Assembly (NCBI GenBank): GCA_905331295.1
Contig: CAJNYD010000060.1
Coordinates: 1-42,698 of the forward strand
Direction: 5' to 3'
Source of the DNA: Rotaria socialis
Lineage: Eukaryota
DNA: 42,698 nucleotides
Shown here: positions 25,056 to 36,099 of the stretch, piece by piece
Layout of the letters: the number at the start of each line of letters is the position of its first letter
Numbering within the stretch: the first letter of the stretch is position 1
Position numbers and translations under genes: made by a program
Notes under the pieces: model-generated
What the model saw: only the letters and a program-made list of their open reading frames with translations
Told to the model about the DNA's origin: nothing
The model's database searches: none

Positions 25056-26744
25056 CTAGTAAGTGGCTGAACTTGAAAATGAACAGTTGGCAGGGGTGAG
25101 TGACGAGAAAAGTGACAATATATGAGGGTGAGGATTAAAAAAAAATATAGTCAGAATTAGAAAGATCATTGAGAAAATGTCAAATGGATGACGGTGTATG
25201 TCGCGTAGTGCCGGCATTGGAACCGGGGTCGAAGTGTTGGAAATCAAGTTGTAGATGGCGCGAAATTCGTAAGTGATATAAGGTATTTTGGGCCAACGGG
25301 ATGAGTTGGTGAGGTGAACATTAAGATCGAAGCCAATTGGGTAAGAGTTGTTCAGAATGGTTGAATCCCAAATTGCCAGGGGTTAATTAACCACCTCTGA
25401 AGACGCTGGGATAGAGAATCTGTCGCAGATAAGCGTGTTTTTTTTGTGGAATGGTTATGAGGGTTACGGCGGATATAGTGCGCATTGTGTTATGAAGAAC
25501 ATGAGGGGGTTGGTTGAGGAGAAGGTGAGCAAATGGCATTGCTGAGAGGTATTGGTGGAGATAAGCCATTGTGATCCAATGTGGCGTAGAAATAGGGGGC
25601 CAGGGTAAGGTTCCGTGCGGCATGCCGATAGAATGGTGTCAGTCAGGATTTGATAGATGCAGGTATCGTTCCACTGGTGAATTGTGGGTGGAGTTTCGCG
25701 ACAGAGGGACATAACATGGAAATCGCAAGTCAAGGCTTCGGATTGTGTCCATGTAATCATGTGGTCATTGACAAAGTTGATACCTATAATAAATGGTATG
25801 TCAACGCGGTGAACCCGAAACCCTGAATGCGAAAAGGGGATTGGTATTAATTGATATACATGAAAAATTGTTTGACGTCGTCGAGTCGCAGCAAAGAATG
25901 AAGAAATTGATAAAGTGCCAATAATCGGGTCGGGAGCGTTCGACAGTCGGGTGCGTGGAAGAAAAAGTACCGTTTGGTGCATTAGCAGGCGGCTGGCTAG
26001 ATCAATTAATGGTGGGTCCGTAGTGTCGCTGTGGAAGTCGACGTTGGTAGCTGATATAATAAAATCGACTACAGTCGCCAAATCTCGACGGTGCATGAAG
26101 TGAAGATTAAGGTGATTTGAAAAAATATCTGATAGCGAAGTGTGTAGGAAGTGAGTTTTGACTGAGTGAATAAAGCTGGTTAGTCGATTGCTGAGGCTTT
26201 TGGCGAAGATGGCAATATTTTCTATGTTGATATCATGACGGTTGACGAGATCGATAGTCTGATTGAGGGCAAATTGAGTGTGGCTAAGGGCTACCGCAAG
26301 TTTGAGCTGACCAGCTTGAAGTTGGAGGAGTTGTGTTGTATGTGTGGTGGTGATGGTATTGACTTCCTGATTGAGTTGTCGGATTTGACTAGAATTCGCC
26401 GTAGACATGGAGAGGGTCGCGGAACCGATTCCAATAGCAATAATGCTAGTCACAAAGCGTTTTTGTCGTGAGGCGTCGTTCATTGGTGCTTTGATGCCAA
26501 GGCGATGGCAGTTTTGCATTTGACGTAGGGCGTGAAATGGTAGTAATTAACACATATCCAACGTGAGAGGAATTGAGACCGTCAGAGATATTACACTGTC
26601 TACCAGAGAGTAAGTAGATAAATACTGGAGAACGAGACGGGATGTTGGATGGACAATATTCGATTGGGGTAGTGGGATCAGTGCCCAAAACGCGGGTAAG
26701 ATCAGTATGAGAACAATTGAGTTGTGAACGATATTAGAGATCAT
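25056..26744 (-). pseudogene. env: env-like class I fusion glycoprotein (disrupted)
   Basis: Signal peptide MISNIVHNSIVLILILPAFWA; one in-frame TAA (26549-26547); furin site RQKR then fusion peptide FVTSIIAIGIGSATLSMSTA; heptad region; Cys-rich C-terminal part; frameshifted TM segment FDIFSMIFLILTIFF near 25190-25140. Confidence 0.8.
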
Positions 26745-26964
26745 GGTGAGGCTTCGATCAGCAGTAGGTTAGAGAAGTGAGTAGATAATTGGTTATGTAG
26801 TTTTGGTGGGTCGACGCACCCGTAGAGGATAACGTCTGACAGGGACGGGGGAAGAGTGCTCGGGTGTGAATGTCTCATCCGATGTAGTAGTTGGTGGTTC
26901 ATAGTATGGTTTCATCCGGTCGATGTTGGTCGAGCCGATGTTGACATGATCGCTAATGCGCATA

Positions 26965-28823
26965 CTCTCTAAAAAAAAACCGTTTCCTAGAAAACCCAAA
27001 CTGCCTCGGAAACCCTCTCGGAAACCAGAAAAGGTTTGAGAGAGGGTTTCCGAGAACATGAAGCGTTTGCAAAAATACCTTTTCGGTTTCCGAGTCCTCG
27101 GAAACCCTTGGGTTTCCTAGAATACCGATTTCGATACCCGTAAGGTATTCTAGAGAACCTTTTTTTGATGTCAGAAACCAAATAGTATTCTCAGAAACCG
27201 TAAGAGTATTCTCGGAAACTAATATTGCCAGAAAAACTGAGTTGGTATCCGAATGGGTATGCGAGAATACCTTTTTCGGTTTCCGAAGTCACTACTCGCA
27301 AACCTCTTCGGTTTCCGAGCCTACCAAGTGTCGAAAAAGTATTCTAGAAAACCAAAACCGGTTTCCCAGAATTCTTCAATTTCTAAAAGGTTTTCGCACT
27401 TTTCAAATTGACAAATATTTCACAAAAAATAGAACATGATCCCAGTTCAAAATATCGTAAAAGGAAGTTTTCGGCCATGAACCTGCACCGATCCCAAATT
27501 CGACCGACTGCAACGTTAGACATTTTACTTTAACTCCGTTCTCATTTCCGATGGAAGTTTGAAATAGGTTATCGAGGTCCAGGAATTTGAAACCGTCATT
27601 AGTTTTCCGATCCGAACTCCTAATGGTCAGAAATTGGGTCCATCAAAAAATTGAGGGCTATAAAATTAGACTGTATTTCAACTCCGATCAAAATTCTGAT
27701 CGAAGTTTGAAATAGGTTATCGATGTCCGGGAATCTGAATCCATGATCATGTTTTCGATGCCAGGGATACGATAGTTGAATGATGGATCTGGGTAGTTGT
27801 GTCTCCAAAATGAATTCAATGATTAGTGGTAACTTTTGAAGTGCGATTGTTCTTTTATCTTTTTCGATATGTCACATGTATCAATAGACAGGTAATGCCA
27901 ATATGATAAAATGAATTCAAGATTCTCTATAGTTAGGCATGTATGAATAATCAATTCTAATGCAAGTTTAATATGATAAAATGAATTAACGTTTTTTTTT
28001 AATATTTTAGGTATATGTGAATAATTTATTTAATGGTAAGTTGAATCTTACAATATAAGTCACTGTTCTTTTTTTGTTTTGTTTAGGATTATCTCAACAA
28101 CAACTAACGGTGATGCCACTTTAGTGCGAATAACGGAGAAAGTGCTAGCTCGTTTTCTACTCACAACAAATCTAGGTATATATAACGCATAGAAATAAGG
28201 GCTAAGGATAGAAGTTAGGGTTAAGACTAGAAATAAGGGTTAAGGATAGAAATAAGGATTAAGGATAGAAATTAGGATTAAGGTTAGGAATTACGGCTAA
28301 GGATAGAAATAAGGGTTAAGGATAGAAGTTAGGGTTAAGGATAGAAGTTAGGGTTAAGGATAGAAGTTAGGGTTAAGGATAGAAGTTAGGGTTAAGGATA
28401 GAAGTTAGGGTTGGATACAGCATTAGTCGGGAGTACTAGACTAATTGAGTGTTGTGGGCTACATTTTACTACTCTAGAACCATTTTTTGGACGAAATAGG
28501 AGAAGGTTCCAGCTAGAACCAGATTTTGCTTCAACCTTAAATGGTTCTGAAAAGGGTATCCAAATCTAGAACCTTAAAAGGTTCAGTATGACACCTATTT
28601 TCTGAGTAGCGGTCTGGTGATTCTCGATGCAGAACGCGAAGAGTTAAATCTCGGAAACCTTTAATCCGTTTCCGACATAGGTACCCGAAGGAAATTTTTA
28701 TTTGGTTTTTCGGTTTCCGAGACCTCGGAAACCGTGTCTCGGAAACCCTTAAAGGGTTTTGCGATTTTGTTACTATCGGAAACCTATTTTGAGTTTCCGA
28801 GAGTACCTTTTTTTTTTAGAGAG
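26965..28823. mobile_element. Non-autonomous DNA transposon (CMC/CACTA-like) nested in the integrase tail
   Basis: TIR CTCTCTAAAAAAAAA / TTTTTTTTTAGAGAG; TA TSD (26963-26964, 28824-28825); many CTCGGAAACC/GGTTTCCGAG subterminal repeats in both orientations; excision restores ...STFIA-M-RISDHVNIG... Superfamily call is inference. Confidence 0.85.
28189..28412 (+). repeat. 19-bp minisatellite (TTAAGGATAGAAGTTAGGG)n, ~12 units
   Basis: Perfect units at ~28315-28412 and more diverged units to the left. Confidence 0.9.
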
Positions 28824-29282
28824 TAGCGATAAAGGTGGATGGGGATAGTTGTTCGAGGAGACGGCATGGCCCTTGAAACTTGGGGCGTAGTTTATGAGTA
28901 ATAGTCGTATTATCAATTTTAGGTGTCGGGATTTGTATCCATACCAGGTCGCCCACATGAAACTGGCGATTTATCGTATGTGTATCGTATGCAGCTTTTT
29001 GACTCAGCTTGTAGATTTCAGAGTGTTCGCGAACAAAATGATAGGTTACTTGAAGATCATGGGCTAGTTGAGTACGATATTGTTGGATGAGCTTGTATTC
29101 AGGCGTATTAGATGTAGAATCAGGAAGCGGCTGGTGGATGATGAGGTCCAGGGATATCACTGGGTCGCGGCCTAGATTGAGATATGCTGGAGTCTCACCC
29201 GTAGTGTCGTTGACCGACGTACGGATTGCGAAGGCCAGTTTCTGCAATTCTTTATCCCATAGGCCGGCACGACATTGAGCAT

Positions 29283-29465
29283 TGTTAGGATCTGCCATCT
29301 ATATATCTTATATAGATGGACAATCCTCCTTCTATCGTTTTTGTTGATAGAAAAGTGTATGATCATGGTTGTTGTGAGTTTTTTTTTCGTTAGAAAAAAG
29401 AAGATCTTTTTTGTTTTTGGTTCACGTTAAAGATATATTTTGAATAAAAGGATTTGAACCTAACA
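29283..29465 (+). mobile_element. Solo LTR (183 bp) nested in the integrase core
   Basis: TGTTAGG...CCTAACA termini; 5-bp TSD AGCAT (29278-29282, 29466-29470); AATAAA 29443-29448; removal restores AIYA-QCRAGLWD. Confidence 0.9.
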
Positions 29466-32141
29466 AGCATAGATAGCAATTTGCGCTTTGAGTGTCCGGT
29501 TGACACGTTTTGACATATTGATTTGAGGATGATAATTTGCTGTGAATTTACGGTTAATACCCATATTCGCGCATATTACATTAAATAGATGTGAAATAAA
29601 TTGGGGACCATTGTCCGACAAAATATAGAGTGGGACGCCGTACCTACAGATTATCTCGTCGATGAGTATATTGGCGATATGGGTAGCCGTAGTTTGTTTT
29701 AGCGCAAATAATTCCATCCATCGTGTGAAGTAGTTGACGATAACCAAAATAAAACGTTTTTGTCGCGCGGTTGGAGGGAATGGTCCCATGGTATCAATAC
29801 CTATAGTATGCCATGGTTGAGATATGGTATGTAACTGCATAGGGCTTGCAGTAGGAGCGTTTGAGTGTTTGAATTGTTGGCATGATAAGCAGGATTGAAT
29901 ATATTTGAATACATCTTGTCGCATTGAGAGCCAGTAAACCTGCGATGCAAGACGACATAGTGTTGGAGACGTCCGGCATGACCGGCGGTGGGGTGATCAT
30001 GTGCCCATCTGAGGATTGTCGTTTCTAGCGTTTGTGATATAACGATGAGATATTTTGAACCCAGAAGTCGCTGATCGGTGTACGAATTGAAATGGCGGAT
30101 TTTGTAGAGAAGAATATTGATTACAATGTATGGAGAGTGCTTAGCGTTGAACGGGCCAGGAAGTTGTGATGAAAGAGGTTGGATGATACGTAATAGGCGT
30201 GCGCCCTTCTGTTGTGCTGACCGAATATTATCCAGAAGGTTGGTACCTTCTAAGATGTTGATACCTGATTCTAATGAATTCAGTTCTTGAGCGGTGGTAG
30301 TATTGGTCTGTAATGGATAGCGAGACATAAAATCGCCGTTTGGGTTGCTTGTACCTGGTCGATGTTGTATGGCAATGTTGTATGGAGACAGTTTCATAGA
30401 CCATCGTGCAAGACGGCTTGTTGGATCTCGAGCGTTTTTTAGCCATTCCAGAGCTTTGCAGTCGGAGCGGACAATCACGGAACCCACTTCGAGGTATTGC
30501 CGAAAGTGTTTGGTTGCCCATACAATCACCGTATTCACACGCATCGAGTTCAAGGATGAAGGGATAAGAAAAATTGGGTGTGTGCATAATTGGTTGTGAC
30601 ATGAGGCGTTGTTTCAACGTTTGAAACGCTGCCGTACAGTCTTCGTTCCAAGCAAGACGGTAACGCGAATATGGGGAGTTATTGGATCGAAGCAGCTTCA
30701 GGAGAGGTTCAGCAATTTTGGCGTAATTTTGGATAAAACGTTGGTAATAACCAGTAAGACTCAGAAAGGCCTGTACTGGTTTTATATTCTTGGGTTCATT
30801 AAATTGAGCTATCGTGGACGTTAAGTTAGGATCCGGCTTAATGCCATCGATAGTAATGACATGACCGAGGAACTGCATTTCGCGTCGACAGAAGTGGCAT
30901 TTGACAGGGCTAAGAAAACTTTACGAAGATCTTGAAGATGTTCTGCAAAAGTTGGATAATACACAATGATGTCGTCGATATAAACCAAGCAGCATTGCCA
31001 TTTCAGCCCTGCCAGTACGATATCCATTAACCGTTGAAATGTGGCCAGGGCGTTTGTAAGTCCAAAAGGCATGACTGTACATTCGAATAATCCTTTATGA
31101 GTGACAAATGCCGTTAACGCTCTACTGGCAGTATCCATCTCGACTTGCCAATAATCGGCACGTAGATCCAATGTCGAGAAGAACTGCGACTAGTGTAGTG
31201 CATCGAGTGTATCATCGATCCGGGGGATTGGGTAGTGCAGAACCGCATCGAGCCATCTTTCTTTGGTGCAAGGACCACAGATGACGCCCATGGACTTTTG
31301 GAGGGAGTTATAATACCTTCTTGTAACATTTCATTGAGATTACTCTCAATGATTTGGCGACGGGCCGGGGAGTAACGATAAGAGGCCGAGTTACGAGGTT
31401 TATTTCCAGGTTGTATATCGATTTGATGTTGTATTTTATCGGTTCGGCCGGGATTCATGGAGAATACGTTCGGAAATAGTCGGATAAGATCAGATAATTG
31501 TTGTTGTTGATCTTCCAATAGAGTAGAATCCGAGAAATCAGGTGATTCAGGTGTTTTCGGCTTGTTTGTGTAGAAAATATCATGTACTTGTGGAGGGGAC
31601 GAACTAAATGGTATTCCGACATATTTTGTATATATCCCTTGTGGTGAACCTTGGTAAGGGGTAGAGATATCGGAGAGGTTGCGATTTGTGGGTATAGTCG
31701 GAAAGTATACACGTTGGTGAGCGTCATTGATGTGGAGGTTATGTGTACGAAGGAAATTGTTGCCGATAATACATGGTCGCCATAAATTGGGAATGACATA
31801 CACAATACTCCATCGAGTGGTGTTTTGAATAGTGAAGGGAAGGCGCAGAAACCATTTGACGAACAATGTTAATTTGTTGGCAAGGCGTAAAGATAGAGAT
31901 GGTGGTGGTGGTCTGCGTTTGGAAGTTGTAAGAAGAGGATCGAGGCGTTGAAAAAGGTGAAAATTAATAAGAGTTAGTGAGGAACCAGTGTCAATCAGGA
32001 AGTTGACTGGCAAAGTGCCAATTCGGCCAGAGGTAGTGAGGGGGTGATTGTGGGGATTATCGATGGTGTTGACGCATCGTGGATTTTGTGAGTGCGGGTG
32101 AGAATAAGAGAGGTTTTGTGTGCCCGTTCCACGAAAACTCC

Positions 32142-33284
32142 TTAATTGTTTTTTGCACGCGGAGGTAAAGGTTCTGTGTTGTTGTCAAAGGAGTCAAAAG
32201 TTCTTCGTGAGTCGTTGAGAGGACAATTTAGAACATAATGGCCAGTTTCGTAACAACGCCAACAAGTGGGATTCGCTTGTGTAGTAGATGTAGGTGATGT
32301 GTTTTTCGAGGAATTATATGCCCGTGTCAAAATTGACACAAGAGGCGTCGGATCATGCCCATTGACATTTCGTTTATAGCGGGTATTTTGGCGTAGACGC
32401 AGTTCTTTATTCCGCAGATACAGAATTTCTTCGACGCGTTGTGCTTCCGTGATGATTTCATTCAGGGTAGATGAACGAGATGCGCTCATGAGATTTAACG
32501 TGTCAGGTCGCATTTTACAGAACAGGTGCTTAATCTAATCAGCTTCTTATTCGTCCACTCGTTGTTCGAGCCAAATCGCTTGGAGACGGACGACAAACTC
32601 ATTGATTGTTTCATTGTCTTGTTGTTTACATTCAGACCATTCCTGTTCTTGTTGCGCCACCCGAATCGGAGAATGAAATCGTGATCAGTTGAGTGGAGTA
32701 TTATTAGTAATATAAAGTTGACAGTACCATTCGAGTGTGGAGTCTTTTAAAAATTGAGAAATTCCCTGAAGTAAAGTGTCAGTAGACCACTTATTGATGG
32801 TTCGGGCGTATTCAACCACCCGTAATAAAAACTGTCGTGATCGATCAGTAGGTTTTCCAGAAAAGGTTGGAAATGACGAGATGGGCGGGGGAACAATGGT
32901 GTTATGGATTGCCTGTGTTGGTTGAGCATTGTGGTGGTCACTGTCTAAAAAATTGTGTTGAAGATCTGATGAGAGCCGAGATGGATTGGTTGGTCGAGAC
33001 TGATATAACTGCTTGAGTTCCGCGAGTCCTTGGCGAAGAGATTGAACATTGCTGGATATTTCCGACCATAGGACGCTTTTAGCCGCGATTGCTGCAGTTA
33101 GTTTCGATTCCAGGTTTCGAAATTCTTGTTGAGTTTCGTCGCGTAGCGTGTTAAATTGAGTGTTGCCAGGTAGTGGGAATGCTTCGAGAGTTTTTTTGAG
33201 AGTTTGGATAGTTTCACCGTGTCGGGTTAAAGTAGTGGAGATACGACTGATTGCCTCATCGGTGGGGATCTTGGATTCTGTCAT
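32142..33284 (-). pseudogene. gag: gag with CCHC zinc knuckle (three in-frame stops)
   Basis: ORFs 33284-32685 and 32513-32142 are in the same frame; the bridge reads ...EWSECKQQDNETINEFVVRLQ...; knuckle CWRCYETGHYVLNC. Confidence 0.88.
32148..32154 (-). promoter_or_regulatory. Programmed -1 ribosomal frameshift slippery site (A AAA AAC) at the gag/pol junction
   Basis: gag ends GCA AAA AAC AAT TAA; the -1 frame from 32148 is open for 45 codons directly into the protease ORF at 32013. Confidence 0.75.
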
Positions 33285-33354
33285 GAAGAGACACGTGAAT
33301 GATAACTGGACTTTTGAGAAGCAGATTGTGGGTATGAAACAGATTTGCTGGTTA

Positions 33355-33371
33355 GCGTGTCAGGGTCGCCA
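33355..33371 (-). promoter_or_regulatory. Primer-binding site (probably tRNA-Arg)
   Basis: TGGCGACCCTGACACGC, 2 nt after the LTR end ...CGTTACA; TGGCGACC-type PBSs of the 412/mdg1 lineage are tRNA-Arg (cognate tRNA not checked). Confidence 0.75.
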
Positions 33372-33373
33372 AT

Positions 33374-33667
33374 TGTAACGATTTCTGATAGAAGAGATGC
33401 CTGTGCTGATGGTATTACACTTTATTTAACTCTTCACAACATAAATCGCATCGATTACATATAAAGTACACGCTTAAATACTCAACCATTTGAGAGAACG
33501 AAGGAGAATGAGAGATAAAGACACATATCAATGGCAGAAAGATAAAGGCAATATATGTGATGAGAAGAAATGGCACTTTAAGGTCAAATACCATACACAA
33601 ATCACACTCAAACGGGAGCGTTTCACTCTCGCGTGGAATTTGGACGCTCTCCGTATTTATCGTTACA
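33374..33667 (-). repeat. 5' LTR-like segment, mostly non-identical to the 3' LTR
   Basis: 33374-33397 equals 24594-24617 (24 bp); terminal inverted TGTAACGAT...ATCGTTACA; minus AATAAA 33426-33421; outer boundary ambiguous (33625 or 33667). Confidence 0.6.
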
Positions 33668-34321
33668 ATTACTCTTCGACAAATCAATGATTTTCGACGA
33701 CACTTGAAACCTGTCGATAAAACTTGATGACGCTTTCTATGACTTTGTAAAAATGGCAATGATAGAAACTAGAACAGAAGTGCCCTTGGGAGCCTCACGA
33801 GAGTGCTATTCCTTTCGTCAACAATGACAACAAGAATTTTTCTAGCCCAAAGATTTTCATTCAGATCGAATATTATTTTTTCGTAAGTTGTAGTCGAGTT
33901 CTATAGTCTTTAACTTAGATTCAACATGCATTAATACCCTGGTTTTCTCACCAGATACTATCTATCGATTCATTTGTGAAAGCTTGTTAAGTACAATATA
34001 AGTAAATCAGTAAATGTCGAGTGATATCTATAACCGAATAAATTTTTGATGTACTACAAAAATTTATTCAAGGACAATCCATGTGCTTGTCCAAAATCTC
34101 AAGTACAGTAATCAGAATATCAAGCGCTTGAGCTTAAAATAATACCTCAAGATTTGCCTCAAGTTTGGCCTATAGTGCATGACTTTCTTGATCAAGATTG
34201 TCAAGTATCTCGTGCGCTGACCAAAAGAAGTTCGACTAGGACTATCGTAACTCGCTATAGCTAGCTAACAGAAATAATGAATACACACATAATTATAAGA
34301 CGACACGAAACAATGACTCGA

Positions 34322-34814
34322 TGTTATGTTTTCTTTTCTCTCACATTATTATACTCAGTTATCAGCGAGACAGCAACGTGACGGTATGACAACAGAACGG
34401 AACAAAAGGATGATTCCCCTTCGCATGAAATCGAACCATGCACCTCCTGCTTTCCGGGCAGACGCATTAACCACTGTACTAGAAAGGAGTGTGTATTATT
34501 CGTTTGTTCCGTCTTACGATCGAAGGGGAACACTTCGGTCGTAACACTTTCCCATCACACGAGATTGATGGGCGAGTGCTGTGTGTTGCTTCCCGGCTAG
34601 TGCACCAAATTGTTAGGTCCGTCGCCTTCGTTTATTTCTTTCAATCCTTCCTTTATACAAAAAACAAAAAACACAACTGAATTCAAAACAAAAAGCAACA
34701 AAATATGTGCTTTTTCTTTCTCTCTCTCTTCCACCAGTCGGCTCCATCTCATAACTATGATAGAGGGATAAAGATGGCCGTCTTATGTCAGGAGATGTCT
34801 CTACTGACATAACC
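34322..34814. mobile_element. Solo LTR (493 bp) carrying a tRNA-like cassette
   Basis: TGTTATGT...ACATAACC termini (last base off the expected A); 5-bp TSD CTCGA (34317-34321, 34815-34819); absent from the paralogous block at 37921-38000. Confidence 0.75.
34415..34488 (-). tRNA. tRNA-like (pseudo-tRNA) Pol III cassette, anticodon GGA
   Basis: TCCTTTC TA GTAC AGTGGTTA ATGC G TCTGC CCGGAAA GCAGG AGGTG CATGG TTCGATT TCATG C GAAGGGG A: cloverleaf with A box TAGTACAGTGG and B box GGTTCGATTTC; lacks U33 and the long variable arm of Ser tRNAs, so unlikely to decode. Confidence 0.7.
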
Positions 34815-35768
34815 CTCGACATACGTAGTAATTATGCAAAGTCATTATTAAAATGATTCTCCGCAAAATAAGTAGCGATTTCTAAGAAATTCAATGAATG
34901 AATAAATCTGTAGAAATTTTACAACCAAAAACTTTTAAATATATTCCTAGATAATTATTTAAGTTTAATTTTCGACAAAAGATAGAATTTAAATACGCTT
35001 AACAGACAGAACTATATGCTATATGCATGATTTATAGTCTAATTCTTTCGAAGAATTCTTTTAATATAACTTTTTCATTCATTTTTATCGAGTTTTCTCC
35101 TTATGCTTATCACCGTCGTATAAAAGAGACAATTTTCTTTCTATAGAATAATCTCTTCCTGAGGAATTTCTAAAAAGAATTTTACTCGAAATATTCGAAA
35201 TGATTTCATATACTTGCTACACTCAAGAGAGAGAAACAGTAGCTCTTTTCTAATAATACTATCACTTCAACGCGATAAAGAAAGAGAGAGATCTCCTTTA
35301 ATTCTTATGTTTTCTTCTCTAGTTACTATTCCTGCTAATGCCACGGAATAATTTATATAGAGTTTAATAAGAAATATTCTACTTTGATTTAAGAGAACGA
35401 AAACAATTCTAATAAAATATTTTGATCATAGGAAAAGACAAAATACGATAAGGAAGTTTAAAGATAAAAATACTACGTAATAGTCGATAATATGAAATAT
35501 CGGTTTCTAATATTCTTGTGAGTCATATATTATATGCGTCTGGGGATACAAAATTAACAAGTTCATTTAACAAATAATTTAAATATTTTCACAAAGATTC
35601 ATAGCGCAATATTCGTTCTTAATATGGTCGTTTAATATTAGACGTTCAACAAACATCACTCTTATATAATTTAGTTGAATATAGACTATAGATATTGTTT
35701 AATCTTTTTTTGAATAATTTCCTCAAAAGAAAAATTGAGTTCATCACTTGAAACTCCGATGAGTAACG

Positions 35769-36099
35769 CAGTGGCGGATCCAGGAATTTTGATAGGAGGC
35801 GGCGCGTTCTAAATGACATAATCGGATGCAGTTATAAGAACATTTTCGAAAATATATAAATTATAGTTCATAATATCCCTATAATTTTATCCAAACAAAA
35901 CAACTTTGCTAGAAATAGAATTACATAATAAATCTAAAAAGCTAATCGACGATTGAATTTATAGAGAAATCATCGATTATAGTCTCAACATTTACATGCA
36001 TATTTCTCGACAAATATGCATCAAAGTTAAATCATTAAGGCGTGTTTCAGAGATTGTCGAGCGTAAATATGTTTTAAGTAATTTAAGAATTGAAAAATG
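35769..36099 (-). mobile_element. hAT transposon 3' remnant (terminus plus dimerisation-domain fragment)
   Basis: hAT-like end CAGTGGCGGATCCAGG at 35769; minus 36099-35934 reads FSILKLLKTYLRSTISETRLNDLTLMHI.../VETIIDDFS.../RRLAF* with frameshifts, matching the hAT C-terminal motif SFSxLKxxKTYLRSTxxxxRL. Confidence 0.75.

Larger units (their letters stand above)
26793..32148 (-). pseudogene. pol: pol (protease, RT, RNase H, integrase), disrupted
   Basis: FLIDTGSS (PR); SPWAS..VLAPKKDGSMRFC, MPFGLTNA.ATFQR, LVYIDD (RT); FILELDAC, VRSDC (RH, internally deleted); HDHPTAGH..C..C, GIDTMGPFP, SDNGPQF, RVNRT, KLRPKFQGP (IN with GPY/F-like motif). Frame restored on removing both nested insertions. 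Confidence 0.92.
24594..33667 (-). mobile_element. Decayed env-containing Ty3/gypsy LTR retrotransposon (gag-pol-env)
   Basis: Order LTR-PBS-gag-PR-RT-RH-IN-env-PPT-LTR on the minus strand; IN after RH is gypsy order; many stops, frameshifts and two nested insertions. Architecture matches env-bearing bdelloid families such as Juno/Vesta (family not verified). Confidence 0.93.

Noticed and set aside
28189..28412. Telomere or CRISPR-like array
   Set aside because: Internal to a TIR element, 19-bp period, no unique spacers.
25915..33378. Plus-strand short ORFs within the retrotransposon
   Set aside because: Antisense shadows of gag/pol/env or of repeat-rich insert sequence.
34415..34488. Functional tRNA-Ser(GGA) gene
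   Set aside because: C at position 33, D-stem mismatch, no long variable arm, extra base before the 3' acceptor strand, and located inside an LTR.
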